This document shows, piece by piece, positions 28,685 to 37,247 of a stretch of 64,000 nucleotides of DNA (position 1 is the stretch's first letter; every line of letters starts with the position of its first letter). The DNA is taken from the NCBI GenBank assembly GCA_965661985.1, contig CBFIFY010000002.1, positions 78,195 to 142,194 on the forward strand, in the 5' to 3' direction. Made by a program: the position numbers and the translations under genes. This stretch comes from an uncultured Myxococcota bacterium. GTDB lineage: Bacteria; Myxococcota_A; UBA796. Below the pieces are notes generated by a model, which saw nothing but the letters and a program-made list of their open reading frames with translations, did no database searches and had not been told where the DNA came from.

Positions 28685-31600
28685 TCAGCGTTGACGTCTG
28701 CGGAAGCCCAAGAGCCCAAGCAGTCCTGCAAACATTGCCAACATGCCAGATGGTTGTTCTCCAGCACTGGAACAAGCCGCAATCCCTTCAGCACCACCCA
28801 CATACTTTCCAGTTGGGTATTCTTGCTTGGTAGTTGGGCTTGTTTCCAACTCAACTTCTTCACCGTCTGTGAAACCATCATTGTCGGTATCTGGATTGTT
28901 TGGATTGGTTCCGTACTCCTTGACTTCATCACAATCACTGACCCCATCACCATCGCTATCGACGTTGTTGGGGTCTGTATTGTAAGCGGAATACTCTTCA
29001 CCATCCGAGCAACCATCGCCATCGGAATCTGCATTGTTTGGATCTGTTTGCGCATCGTTAATTTCAACGCAATCCCCCACGCTGTCACCATCGCTGTCGA
29101 CCAAGTTTGGATCTGTTTGAGACTCAAGAACCTCACCGCCATCATCACAACCATCGTTGTCGGTATCGGCATCGTTTGGATCTGTGTTGTACTCGTTGAT
29201 TTCTTGACCATCGGTTAGACCGTCTCCATCTGAATCTTCAGAGTTTGGATCTGTGTCTTGTTCATTGACTTCAACACCATCACTGGCACCGTCACCATCA
29301 CTGTCAGGATTGTTTGGATCGGTACCAATTTCCTTCTCGTAACCGTCTTTCAGACCATCACCATCTGAATCTGCATTGTTTGGATCAGAGCCTTCAGCAA
29401 CCTCGTCGCAGTCACCTACACCGTCAGCATCGCTGTCATCGTTGTTGGGGTCAGTTAGGTGAGTGTCCACTTCATCGCCATCAGAACACCCGTCACCATC
29501 AGAATCGGCAACCGTTGGTTCAGTCAATGTGTCATTCACTTCTTGACCGTCGGTGAGGCCATCGCCATCACTGTCGGATGAAAGTGGGTCGGTCAAGTGA
29601 GTATTGATTTCAGCACAATCGCCCAAACCGTCTTCATCAGTATCCACAACAAGAGCGTCAGTCAGGTGAGTATTGACTTCATCACCATCAGTACAATTGT
29701 CCCCATCTGAGTCCGGATTCAAAGGACTTGTCAAATGGGTCGACACTTCATCGCCATCGGTCAAACCATCGCGATCACTGTCTGCATCGTTGGCATCAGT
29801 CAAGTGGGTATTGATTTCGTCACCGTCAGTTAGACCATCACCATCACTGTCGGAATTCAGTGGGTCCGTTGCATGTGTGGAAACTTCATCGCCATCGGTC
29901 AAACCATCACCATCACTGTCAGCAACGTTGGGGTCTGTTCCCAAGTTCGCCTCTTGACCATCGGTGAGTCCATCGTCGTCGCTGTCTCCGTCTGCTGGAT
30001 CGGTACCGGCGGCAACTTCATCACAGTCACCTAAACCATCGCTGTCTGTATCTACATCCAGTGGGCTGGTCATATGAGTAGTGACCTCTTCACCATCCAA
30101 ACAGCCGTCACCATCAGTATCCGCGTTGTTTGGATTTGTGGTATGGGTTGTCACCTCTGCACAGTCATCCAAGCCATCATCGTCACTGTCAGAATCCAAC
30201 GCATCGGTGCTATAAGTGTTTACTTCCAAGCCATCCGTACAAGCATCGCCATCGGTATCAGGATTGTTGGGGTCTGTTTCTGTAGCGTCGACCAAACCGT
30301 CAAAGTTGGCATCTTCGACACCGTCACTCAAACCATCGCCATCACTGTCGGATGAAAGTGGGTTGGTTGTGGAAGCACCATCGGCATCGGCTACAAACAC
30401 GCTGGCGTCAGTATCGGCAAGCCCAACAGTCACACCGGACTCTACACCGTCGGTGAGACCGTCACCATCTGAGTCAATATTCAATGGGTTTGTTCCACTG
30501 CTGACCTCATCCCCATCAGACAAACCGTCATCATCGCTGTCCATATCTACTGGATCGGTACCACGAACATTGACTTCATTACCATCGGTCAAGCCATCGC
30601 CATCTGAATCGGCATTGTTTGGATCAGTTGGGTAATCAAACTCTTCGCCCTGCCCTTCCATGGCATCGGACAAACCGTCATCATCACTGTCCATATCCAA
30701 TGGGTCAGTCAAATGAGTGTCTACTTCATACCCATCGGTCAAGCCATCTTCATCTGTGTCAGAATCTGTTGGCAGTGTACCATGAATATTAACTTCATCA
30801 CCATCACTCAAACCGTCATTGTCGGTGTCGGCGTTGTTCGGATTGGTCAAGTGGGTGTTGATTTCTGCACAATCCTCAAGCCCATCGTCGTCGCTGTCTG
30901 CATCATTGGCGTCGGTGTTGTACGTAGTCACCTCGACACCATCATTGCAACCGTCGCCATCTGAATCTGCATTCAATGGATCCGTTGCATGAGTGTTGAC
31001 CTCGGAACCGTCTGACAATCCATCATCGTCGCTGTCCAAGTCCAATGGATCAGTCAAATGGGTAATGATCTCAGCTTCATCAGACAAACCATCATCGTCG
31101 CTATCGGAATCGAGCGGATTTGTTCCATGGGAGTTCACCTCATCGCCATCACTCAAACCGTCATTGTCGGTGTCGGCGTTGTTCGGATTGGTCAAATGAG
31201 TGTTAATTTCAGCACAGTCTTCAAGTGTATCGTCGTCACTGTCTGTATCCAATGGATCAGTCAAATGGGTATTGACCTCTGAACCATCATCACAGCCATC
31301 GCCATCGCTATCGGCCACATTGGGATCTGTTCCCAAAGCAATTTCCGTTGAATCATTCAAGCCATCATCGTCACTGTCCGCATCAGCGGGGTCTGTGCCA
31401 TCTTGAACTTCTTCACCATCACTCAGGCCATCACCATCACTGTCAGAATCGATGGGGTCCGTTCCATAAGTGTTGACTTCTTCACAATCTTCAATGCCAT
31501 CACCGTCGGTATCCACATTGTTGGGATTGGAGCCATAGACATTCACTTCGTCACCATCTGAACATCCATCACCATCGCTGTCCATGTTGTTTGGATCTGT

Positions 31601-33382
31601 AAAGTGAGTACTGACCTCAGCACCATCACTCAACCCATCGTCATCACTGTCGGAGTCCAACGCATCTGTGAAATGAACACTAATTTCATCCCCATCGGTC
31701 AAGCCATCGCCATCGGTATCTGGATTGTTGGAGTCTGTTTCTGTAGCGTCGACCATACCGTTAAAGTTGGCATCTTCGTCACCGTCAAAGAGACCGTCAC
31801 CATCTGAGTCTTCAGAAATTGGATTGGTTGTGGTCGTAGGATCCGAGTCAGCCTCAAAGATGTTGTTGTCCGTATCGACGGTTGGTGTCGTAACACCAGA
31901 CTCAACACCATCGGTCAAGCCATCGCCATCTGAGTCGACAGCCAATGGGTCAGTCCCGATGGTCACTTCATCCGAGTCGCTCAGACCGTCATCATCACTG
32001 TCCATATCCAAGGGATCAGTGAAGTAAACTGAACATTCTTCCAAATCTGTCAAACCATCACCGTCCGAATTGTCCGTGTTGGTTGCAACAGTCAGTTCAA
32101 CAAGAGCAGTTTGGTCTGCATCCAACCAAGTGTAGGTATCCAAGAACGTGATATCCCCTTTACTCAAACTACTGCACGTTCCACGATTCGCACCGAAGTC
32201 TCCCCACGAACGCGCGTTGCCATTGGGCACAACTGCATCACCGTAAGCTCCAGAATTGATACCGTTCACACCAGCAGTTTCCAAACCCAACTGACCATTG
32301 GGCATTGGAACATCACAATCTTGCACTTCTGAGTCGTTCCAATACATATCGAGACCCGTTCTAGACAAGTCAGAATTCACCTGAAACAAACGGAACCCAC
32401 CATAGGATGTTTCCACATCTTCCGCAACATAGTGAAAATCACCAATGGTGACTTCCAACTGACAGTCATAGCTTCCGGCACCCACATAAGCACCATCGGC
32501 ATCGCGTCCGTCCCACACAATGGTGTTCGAACCGACCATGGTATCGCCAGTCAGCAACAAGTCATCGGGACTGGTACGGTCCAATACACCGTCTTCACTC
32601 AAGTCACAAATGAACTGATAGCGCCCTTCCACGTTGGAATTGAAGTTGACATTCAAGGACATTTCACCCGGAATCATCACTGAATCACAATATGCGGCAC
32701 TACTTGTACCCGAGTTGGCGGCATTGGAATTCACAAACTCTAGACTCGTGATCTGTGGGGCAATAACAGTGTACTGTGCCACTTCTGGAGGTAGAAGATA
32801 AATTGGATACTCGGCGCTGAATGAATGTCCAGATCGAAATGAAGAGCGACCATTCATACCGTCAACACCGTAACTGTTCCCAACGATGGTGTAAGCATAT
32901 CCAGCGAGACCTTCAGGCTTTAGTTCCACAACAGCGTCTTCACCGTTCGGTCCCGTTGGGATTCTTGCGTAGAAACTGGCATTGGTTGCCGCAGATTGGG
33001 CAAAACTTCCTGCATTGAATGTCCAAGTGTATGCCCACACACGTCCATATCCTGCACCAGTCCCACCAACATTCACATCCCAGTTGTTCTGCGAGTTCGA
33101 AAAGGTACCTGAATAACTTCCGGTCACGGTTGATGTATAGGAACCACCACTGCTCAATGTCGTAGCATAATTGCCATTGGGGTCGTACAATTCTAAAGTA
33201 CCAGCGCCAGTGAAGGTAATCACTTCACCCGCTGCAAGAATATCTACATAAATGGTAGACCCCGAAACAAGCATTTGGGTAGAATTGGTTTGGGCAGTCC
33301 CCTCAGCCGATGCAACACTGGGCACAGAGAAAAGAATGCTGGACCCAAGTAAAGTCCACAGAGCCGATGTCTTTTGATTCAT
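28685..33382 (-). CDS. giant secreted protein: unknown ~430-aa N-terminal domain, ~45-50 thrombospondin type-3-like Ca-binding repeats, Cys/TM/Arg C-terminal sorting tail
   Basis: ATG 33382 gives MNQKTSALWTLLGSSILFSVPSVASA-EG, a signal peptide. About two thirds of the protein is D-x-D-x-D-G-(L/C)-x-D-x-x-E units (for example DSDGDGLTDGDEV). The tail is GIAACSSAGEQPSGMLAMFAGLLGLLGFRRRQR. Confidence 0.85.
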   Translation of the reverse strand: MNQKTSALWTLLGSSILFSVPSVASAEGTAQTNSTQMLVSGSTIYVDILAAGEVITFTGAGTLELYDPNGNYATTLSSGGSYTSTVTGSYSGTFSNSQNNWDVNVGGTGAGYGRVWAYTWTFNAGSFAQSAATNASFYARIPTGPNGEDAVVELKPEGLAGYAYTIVGNSYGVDGMNGRSSFRSGHSFSAEYPIYLLPPEVAQYTVIAPQITSLEFVNSNAANSGTSSAAYCDSVMIPGEMSLNVNFNSNVEGRYQFICDLSEDGVLDRTSPDDLLLTGDTMVGSNTIVWDGRDADGAYVGAGSYDCQLEVTIGDFHYVAEDVETSYGGFRLFQVNSDLSRTGLDMYWNDSEVQDCDVPMPNGQLGLETAGVNGINSGAYGDAVVPNGNARSWGDFGANRGTCSSLSKGDITFLDTYTWLDADQTALVELTVATNTDNSDGDGLTDLEECSVYFTDPLDMDSDDDGLSDSDEVTIGTDPLAVDSDGDGLTDGVESGVTTPTVDTDNNIFEADSDPTTTTNPISEDSDGDGLFDGDEDANFNGMVDATETDSNNPDTDGDGLTDGDEISVHFTDALDSDSDDDGLSDGAEVSTHFTDPNNMDSDGDGCSDGDEVNVYGSNPNNVDTDGDGIEDCEEVNTYGTDPIDSDSDGDGLSDGEEVQDGTDPADADSDDDGLNDSTEIALGTDPNVADSDGDGCDDGSEVNTHLTDPLDTDSDDDTLEDCAEINTHLTNPNNADTDNDGLSDGDEVNSHGTNPLDSDSDDDGLSDEAEIITHLTDPLDLDSDDDGLSDGSEVNTHATDPLNADSDGDGCNDGVEVTTYNTDANDADSDDDGLEDCAEINTHLTNPNNADTDNDGLSDGDEVNIHGTLPTDSDTDEDGLTDGYEVDTHLTDPLDMDSDDDGLSDAMEGQGEEFDYPTDPNNADSDGDGLTDGNEVNVRGTDPVDMDSDDDGLSDGDEVSSGTNPLNIDSDGDGLTDGVESGVTVGLADTDASVFVADADGASTTNPLSSDSDGDGLSDGVEDANFDGLVDATETDPNNPDTDGDACTDGLEVNTYSTDALDSDSDDDGLDDCAEVTTHTTNPNNADTDGDGCLDGEEVTTHMTSPLDVDTDSDGLGDCDEVAAGTDPADGDSDDDGLTDGQEANLGTDPNVADSDGDGLTDGDEVSTHATDPLNSDSDGDGLTDGDEINTHLTDANDADSDRDGLTDGDEVSTHLTSPLNPDSDGDNCTDGDEVNTHLTDALVVDTDEDGLGDCAEINTHLTDPLSSDSDGDGLTDGQEVNDTLTEPTVADSDGDGCSDGDEVDTHLTDPNNDDSDADGVGDCDEVAEGSDPNNADSDGDGLKDGYEKEIGTDPNNPDSDGDGASDGVEVNEQDTDPNSEDSDGDGLTDGQEINEYNTDPNDADTDNDGCDDGGEVLESQTDPNLVDSDGDSVGDCVEINDAQTDPNNADSDGDGCSDGEEYSAYNTDPNNVDSDGDGVSDCDEVKEYGTNPNNPDTDNDGFTDGEEVELETSPTTKQEYPTGKYVGGAEGIAACSSAGEQPSGMLAMFAGLLGLLGFRRRQR
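28855..32085 (-). repeat. coding tandem-repeat region (TSP3-like units, ~69-nt period, with higher-order duplications)
   Basis: A continuous ORF of GAY/GGN-rich units. An exact 50-nt duplicate (30801..30850 and 31146..31195) lies 345 nt apart, which equals five units. Confidence 0.85.
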
Positions 33383-33468
33383 ACAATCACCGTTGTTTGG
33401 AAGTTCAAAATTGCAAATTGTTGTGTGTAAACCACACACTTTCATGGTTGAAACGGATATAACTGATT

Positions 33469-33493
33469 AAAAAGTAACCACAAGTCACTTTTT
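33469..33493. promoter_or_regulatory. candidate TetR operator (10-5-10 inverted repeat, one mismatch)
   Basis: AAAAAGTAAC-cacaa-GTCACTTTTT lies 16 nt upstream of the tetR ATG, in the 126-nt divergent control region. A second small palindrome, GTGTGT-aaacc-ACACAC, is at 33423..33439. Confidence 0.3.
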
Positions 33494-33508
33494 GGTTCAA
33501 GAGATGCA

Positions 33509-34105
33509 ATGACCTATTCCCGGCCCAAACAAGAACGTGCCAAGATTACCGAAGAGCGGTTTCTTGTCGCTTTGAACACTCTTCTTCAAGCAAATGGTTT
33601 TGCTCAAACAACGACTCAAGACATTGCAAAAGAGGCTGGGTTGACAAAGGCCTCCTTTCTTAAGAGATTTGGGAACAAAGAGACCGCCTTACTCAAACTG
33701 TATGAGCAGTACTGCGAAGAAGCACACGAAACAATGGATGATATCATTCATTCCATAGCGGAATACACTGAGCCGTTGCCCTTATTGTTAAAGATTGTTG
33801 AATCCTATGAAAGTCTGGTGCTGAGGCATTTTGCGAGCAATCGAGCCATGCAAGAACATTTTCAAACAAATCTACAAGTGCATCCCCTCACAAAATCCAT
33901 CTTTCAACACTCTGTTGTGATGATGCAAACCGTACAACAGGTACATTTAAAGACAGCTACCCCACCGAGCGCCTATGCCAGTGCCCAACTGTTGGTCACA
34001 CTTGTTTACAACCACTGCTTACACGCAATGCCAGGGATGCCTCGCTCACAAATGGAAAGACACAACCTCATCGCTGAAATACTGATGCTCGCACTCAAAA
34101 AGTAA
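33509..34105 (+). CDS. TetR/AcrR family transcriptional regulator
   Basis: N-terminal HTH TTQDIAKEAGLTKASFLKRFGNKETAL followed by an all-helical C-terminal domain; 198 aa. Confidence 0.85.
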   Translation: MTYSRPKQERAKITEERFLVALNTLLQANGFAQTTTQDIAKEAGLTKASFLKRFGNKETALLKLYEQYCEEAHETMDDIIHSIAEYTEPLPLLLKIVESYESLVLRHFASNRAMQEHFQTNLQVHPLTKSIFQHSVVMMQTVQQVHLKTATPPSAYASAQLLVTLVYNHCLHAMPGMPRSQMERHNLIAEILMLALKK

Positions 34106-34492
34106 TGTTTCTGTTGGGTCACTCCTACCATCAATCCCTATGATCAAAGAACCCGAAAGAAGAGATACAAAGACCAATGAATCTCACCTTGCCATCTAGA
34201 TAGACCCAAACAACACTGGGAAGCGAATACAAGTTAGAAAACACACAATTGAATTTTTTGTGCGTACACATCTATCAACATTTCATAAGACCAGCCTGTA
34301 CCATACTTCATATGCCTTTCAACATGAGTAAAAAACTCAACGGTGGACAATAATAACAAACTTCAAAGCAGGAAATTAGTCCCCTATTGCTTGTCTCTAG
34401 AGCCCCATTTTATTAACATTGGTACACCAACATCAGAATGTCTGACGAATCTAAGAGATGACAGTCGGATTATATATGAGTGTACCCACTTC

Positions 34493-34691
34493 CCACCATT
34501 TTCACAGGCCAATACACCCAGTCAACGTCGGAGAATGAGGGCAAATTTCAAAGAGTGATAAATGGAATATACTTGACGATATTCCAACCACCATTTTCAC
34601 AGGCGCCAATACACCCAATCAACGTCGGAGAATGAGGGCAAATTTGAAAGGGCGAGAGATGGATTATACTTGAGTATATCCACTCTCGCCC
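34493..34691. repeat. two tandem copies of a ~95-97-nt structured element, each ending in a hairpin
   Basis: Copy A is 34493..34587 and copy B is 34588..34691. The first ~58 nt are near-identical (ccaccattttcacaggc(gc)caatacaccca(g/a)tcaacgtcggagaatgagggcaaattt). Copy A ends in an 8-bp hairpin (tggaatat/atattcca). Copy B ends in a long hairpin (gggcgagag...ctctcgccc). Confidence 0.85.
34650..34691 (-). terminator. rho-independent terminator of rplM-rpsI (long hairpin, usable in both directions)
   Basis: GGGCGAGAG(t)GGAT(a)TAC-tcaa-GTAT(a)ATCC(a)TCTCTCGCCC is followed by TTTCAAATTT on the minus strand and TTTTAAAT on the plus strand. It starts about 30 nt past the rpsI stop. Confidence 0.7.
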
Positions 34692-34721
34692 TTTTAAATA
34701 GGCGCCATTCTCCGACGTTGA

Positions 34722-35285
34722 TTAACGTTTCGAGAATTGGAAGCGCTTACGTGCCCCAGGCTGTCCATACTTCTTACGTTCAACTTTACGAGAGTCACGT
34801 GTCAAGAATCCATTTCGACGGAGTAAGCTGCGAAATTCCAAGAACTGCGTGTTCCCTTCAAGAGCATCTTCCCACTTCAGCAAGTGTGAACCAAATCCTG
34901 TTCCGTACTTTTCCATTTTCGCCAATGACTTTGCCAATGGTGAAGACACATCGATATCATCAAATGTCATCACAGCGTTGTATTCAACGGCCGCCCACTG
35001 ATACAAAGCTCTGGAAATTCCAAGACGTACAGCACCTGCTTGACCAGACTTACCGCCACCTTTCACGGTACAGTAAATGTCAAACATGCTGGTGGCTTTG
35101 ATTCCCAACTCTGCCTCGACAAGCTCTAATGGTTGCTTCAAGATCAACTTTGCAGTATCTCTTTCGAAGTAATCATCTAAGGATTTGCCGTTGACGATGA
35201 TGTTTCCACCATCTTTGTTTGGACGAAGGAATACGCGTGCTGAAGAAGTCTTTCGACGACCGGTTCCATAAAATTGTTCAGGCAT
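34722..35285 (-). CDS. rpsI: 30S ribosomal protein S9 with a ~50-aa internal insertion
   Basis: [37 protein letters not shown] and [29 protein letters not shown] are canonical S9. It is 187 aa, against about 130 aa in E. coli. Confidence 0.9.
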   Translation of the reverse strand: MPEQFYGTGRRKTSSARVFLRPNKDGGNIIVNGKSLDDYFERDTAKLILKQPLELVEAELGIKATSMFDIYCTVKGGGKSGQAGAVRLGISRALYQWAAVEYNAVMTFDDIDVSSPLAKSLAKMEKYGTGFGSHLLKWEDALEGNTQFLEFRSLLRRNGFLTRDSRKVERKKYGQPGARKRFQFSKR

Positions 35286-35294
35286 GTTTTACTC

Positions 35295-35729
35295 TCACAG
35301 ATAAGAAGGAAATGGTTGAGGATTTTGGGCATCGTGTCCATGCTCAGTTCCAGCGTAAACGCGCAACTTCTTGATCATTTGACGTGCCAAGCGATTCTTT
35401 GGAAGCATTCCTTTAACTGCATGCTCAATGATACGCTCTGGGTAAGTTTCAAGCAACTCGCGGGCCGTCCATGAGCGGAGACCACCCATGTAACCTGAGT
35501 ACTTGTAATATTCTTTTTGATCCAGCTTGTTGCCTGTCAAAACGATTTTATCGGCATTCAATACGATAACGTAATCGCCACAGTCAACGTGTGGTGTGTA
35601 AGTTGGCTTGTGCTTCCCGCGAAGAACAGAAGCAATACGAGTTGTCAGACGACCAAGGGTCTGACCTTCAGCATCGATCACGTACCAGTTTCTTTGTACG
35701 GACTCTGAATTTGCAATAGTGGATGACAT
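35295..35729 (-). CDS. rplM: 50S ribosomal protein L13
   Basis: [47 protein letters not shown] and the GMLPKN motif; 144 aa; upstream of rpsI as in most bacteria. Confidence 0.95.
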   Translation of the reverse strand: MSSTIANSESVQRNWYVIDAEGQTLGRLTTRIASVLRGKHKPTYTPHVDCGDYVIVLNADKIVLTGNKLDQKEYYKYSGYMGGLRSWTARELLETYPERIIEHAVKGMLPKNRLARQMIKKLRVYAGTEHGHDAQNPQPFPSYL

Positions 35730-35784
35730 TTTCTACCCTATTTTCAATTAAAAATGGTGAATTATAAATAAGAACTACAAAGCA

Positions 35785-36552
35785 TTATTCGATTTCACGA
35801 CCCTTGTCAAGTAAAGAAGTCCAAACCAAACAAAGTCCATGTGCCGGTGCCGTGACCCCCAAATTCGAACGTTGACCATTTTTCAACGCTGAACGTATAT
35901 CTTCAACAGTCAGCCTACCCTGTCCAACAGCCACCACTGCTCCCATCATAATGCGCACCATATGGCGTAAAAACCCCTTGCCTTGGACTTCAAAATGGAT
36001 TTCATCTTCCACAACAGTGCACTCTGCCCGAACGATGGTACGTACTGTGCTCGCTGCCGAACATTTTTGTGCTCGAAATGCAGTGAAGTCGTGGGTCCCA
36101 ATGAACAACATTGCTGCATCCTGCATTTGCTGAACATCCAAAGGCTTTGAAATATGCCACGTATACTGTCGACGAAATGGACATTTCAACGCTCTGTGAA
36201 GTATTCGATAACGATAAAGTTTCTCTTTGCTTTGGTGGCGTGGATGAAACCCATCTTCTACTTCTTGAACATTGATACAAACAATATCTTCTGGAAGTTT
36301 GGAATTCAATCCACGGAAAATCTGACTGGGAGATCTAGGATGTTGGACTGAAAAAGATGCAACTTGTTGAAGAGCATGCACACCAGAATCGGTTCTTCCG
36401 GCCGCTTGTACAAATATCCGCTCTGCAGGGAAAATAACTTGGAGAGCATCCTCAACGATTTCTTGGATCGACACATTTTTAGGTTGTGGCTGTCTCTGCC
36501 ATCCGCAATAACGTGTTCCGTCCCAAGAAAGGTCTATGCGATAGCAGGGCAT
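35785..36552 (-). CDS. truA: tRNA pseudouridine(38-40) synthase TruA
   Basis: YDGTRYCGWQRQP, AGRTDSGVHALQQV (catalytic Asp), GTHDFTAF and FLRHMVRIMMG. Confidence 0.9.
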   Translation of the reverse strand: MPCYRIDLSWDGTRYCGWQRQPQPKNVSIQEIVEDALQVIFPAERIFVQAAGRTDSGVHALQQVASFSVQHPRSPSQIFRGLNSKLPEDIVCINVQEVEDGFHPRHQSKEKLYRYRILHRALKCPFRRQYTWHISKPLDVQQMQDAAMLFIGTHDFTAFRAQKCSAASTVRTIVRAECTVVEDEIHFEVQGKGFLRHMVRIMMGAVVAVGQGRLTVEDIRSALKNGQRSNLGVTAPAHGLCLVWTSLLDKGREIE

Positions 36553-37220
36553 CAGTACTGAAAGCGAATACCAAAGGTGACCGAATCAGAGTTGAAGGAC
36601 AAACCTTCACCATTAAATTCTTGAACTCTATACTCAACAGACAAATAGGTGTCTTCCACCCCTCTCTTCACTTCCATCAAAGAAGCCGATGCTTCGTCGA
36701 AACGATCCAATAAAATCTGACCACCAATCGCATAGTGGTACCCCATTTTGCCGCCAGACATTTGTTCTTCCAAGCCACCGTTGGTCCACTTTTCTTGCCA
36801 AATCCAATAATCTACGCCAACATTCCCAAAGGGGACCAATACTTGATCTTCCAGAAAATCCAAACGCAAAAAGCAACTTGCCTGCAACGGTATCACTGAC
36901 AGCATGTCTTCTTGAGTACTGGTTGAACCATCCACTCCCAACAAAAACCCCTTTTCTCGCATGAGACCTGCGCCAACGGACAGTCCAAGGATGTTGTACA
37001 ATGCGCCACCTGTTTCTGCATACAGTACTTGATGGTTGGATTCGCTAAATACAGCATTCAGCACTTCTGACTGAAGGGCAATCGGTCCATACCGTACGTC
37101 TGCAAAAGAAGACCACACGGGCTTTTTTTCAGGTTCCACTGTACTCACTGTTTGAACAGCATTCATCTGAGATGCTCCAAATGCCGTACTGATAGAAAAC
37201 AAACCGATAATCATTGTCAT
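36552..37220 (-). CDS. putative small outer-membrane beta-barrel protein
   Basis: Signal peptide MTMIIGLFSISTAFGA-SQ, alternating hydrophobic pattern and terminal ...FGIRFQY. Its TGA overlaps the truA ATG (TGATG). Confidence 0.5.
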   Translation of the reverse strand: MTMIIGLFSISTAFGASQMNAVQTVSTVEPEKKPVWSSFADVRYGPIALQSEVLNAVFSESNHQVLYAETGGALYNILGLSVGAGLMREKGFLLGVDGSTSTQEDMLSVIPLQASCFLRLDFLEDQVLVPFGNVGVDYWIWQEKWTNGGLEEQMSGGKMGYHYAIGGQILLDRFDEASASLMEVKRGVEDTYLSVEYRVQEFNGEGLSFNSDSVTFGIRFQY

Positions 37221-37247
37221 AACATTCCTCGTTCAAGTATCTCTAAT

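Noticed and set aside
28855-32085. The regular ~69-nt DNA periodicity could be mistaken for a CRISPR-like or satellite array.
   Set aside because: There is no invariant repeat alternating with unique spacers. The whole region is one continuous ORF encoding TSP3-like units. No cas genes are present.
28661-32683. Many plus-strand ORFs of 60-185 aa (Ser/Pro/Val/Ile-rich) inside the giant gene, for example 28661..29218 and 30216..30635.
   Set aside because: They are antisense or off-frame readings of a GAY/GGN-rich repeat, which is naturally stop-poor. They have no RBS and low-complexity products, and they are fully nested in a 1,566-aa ORF with clear domain logic.
34343-34558. A 71-aa ORF in the tetR-rpsI gap.
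   Set aside because: It has a non-ATG start, no RBS and an odd composition, and it runs into repeat copy A. The region is better explained as non-coding structured DNA/RNA.
34670-35101. A 143-aa plus-strand ORF overlapping rpsI, including the S9 insertion region.
   Set aside because: It is antisense to a canonical ribosomal protein gene. The S9 frame is continuous through the insertion with conserved flanks, so the minus-strand reading is the real one.
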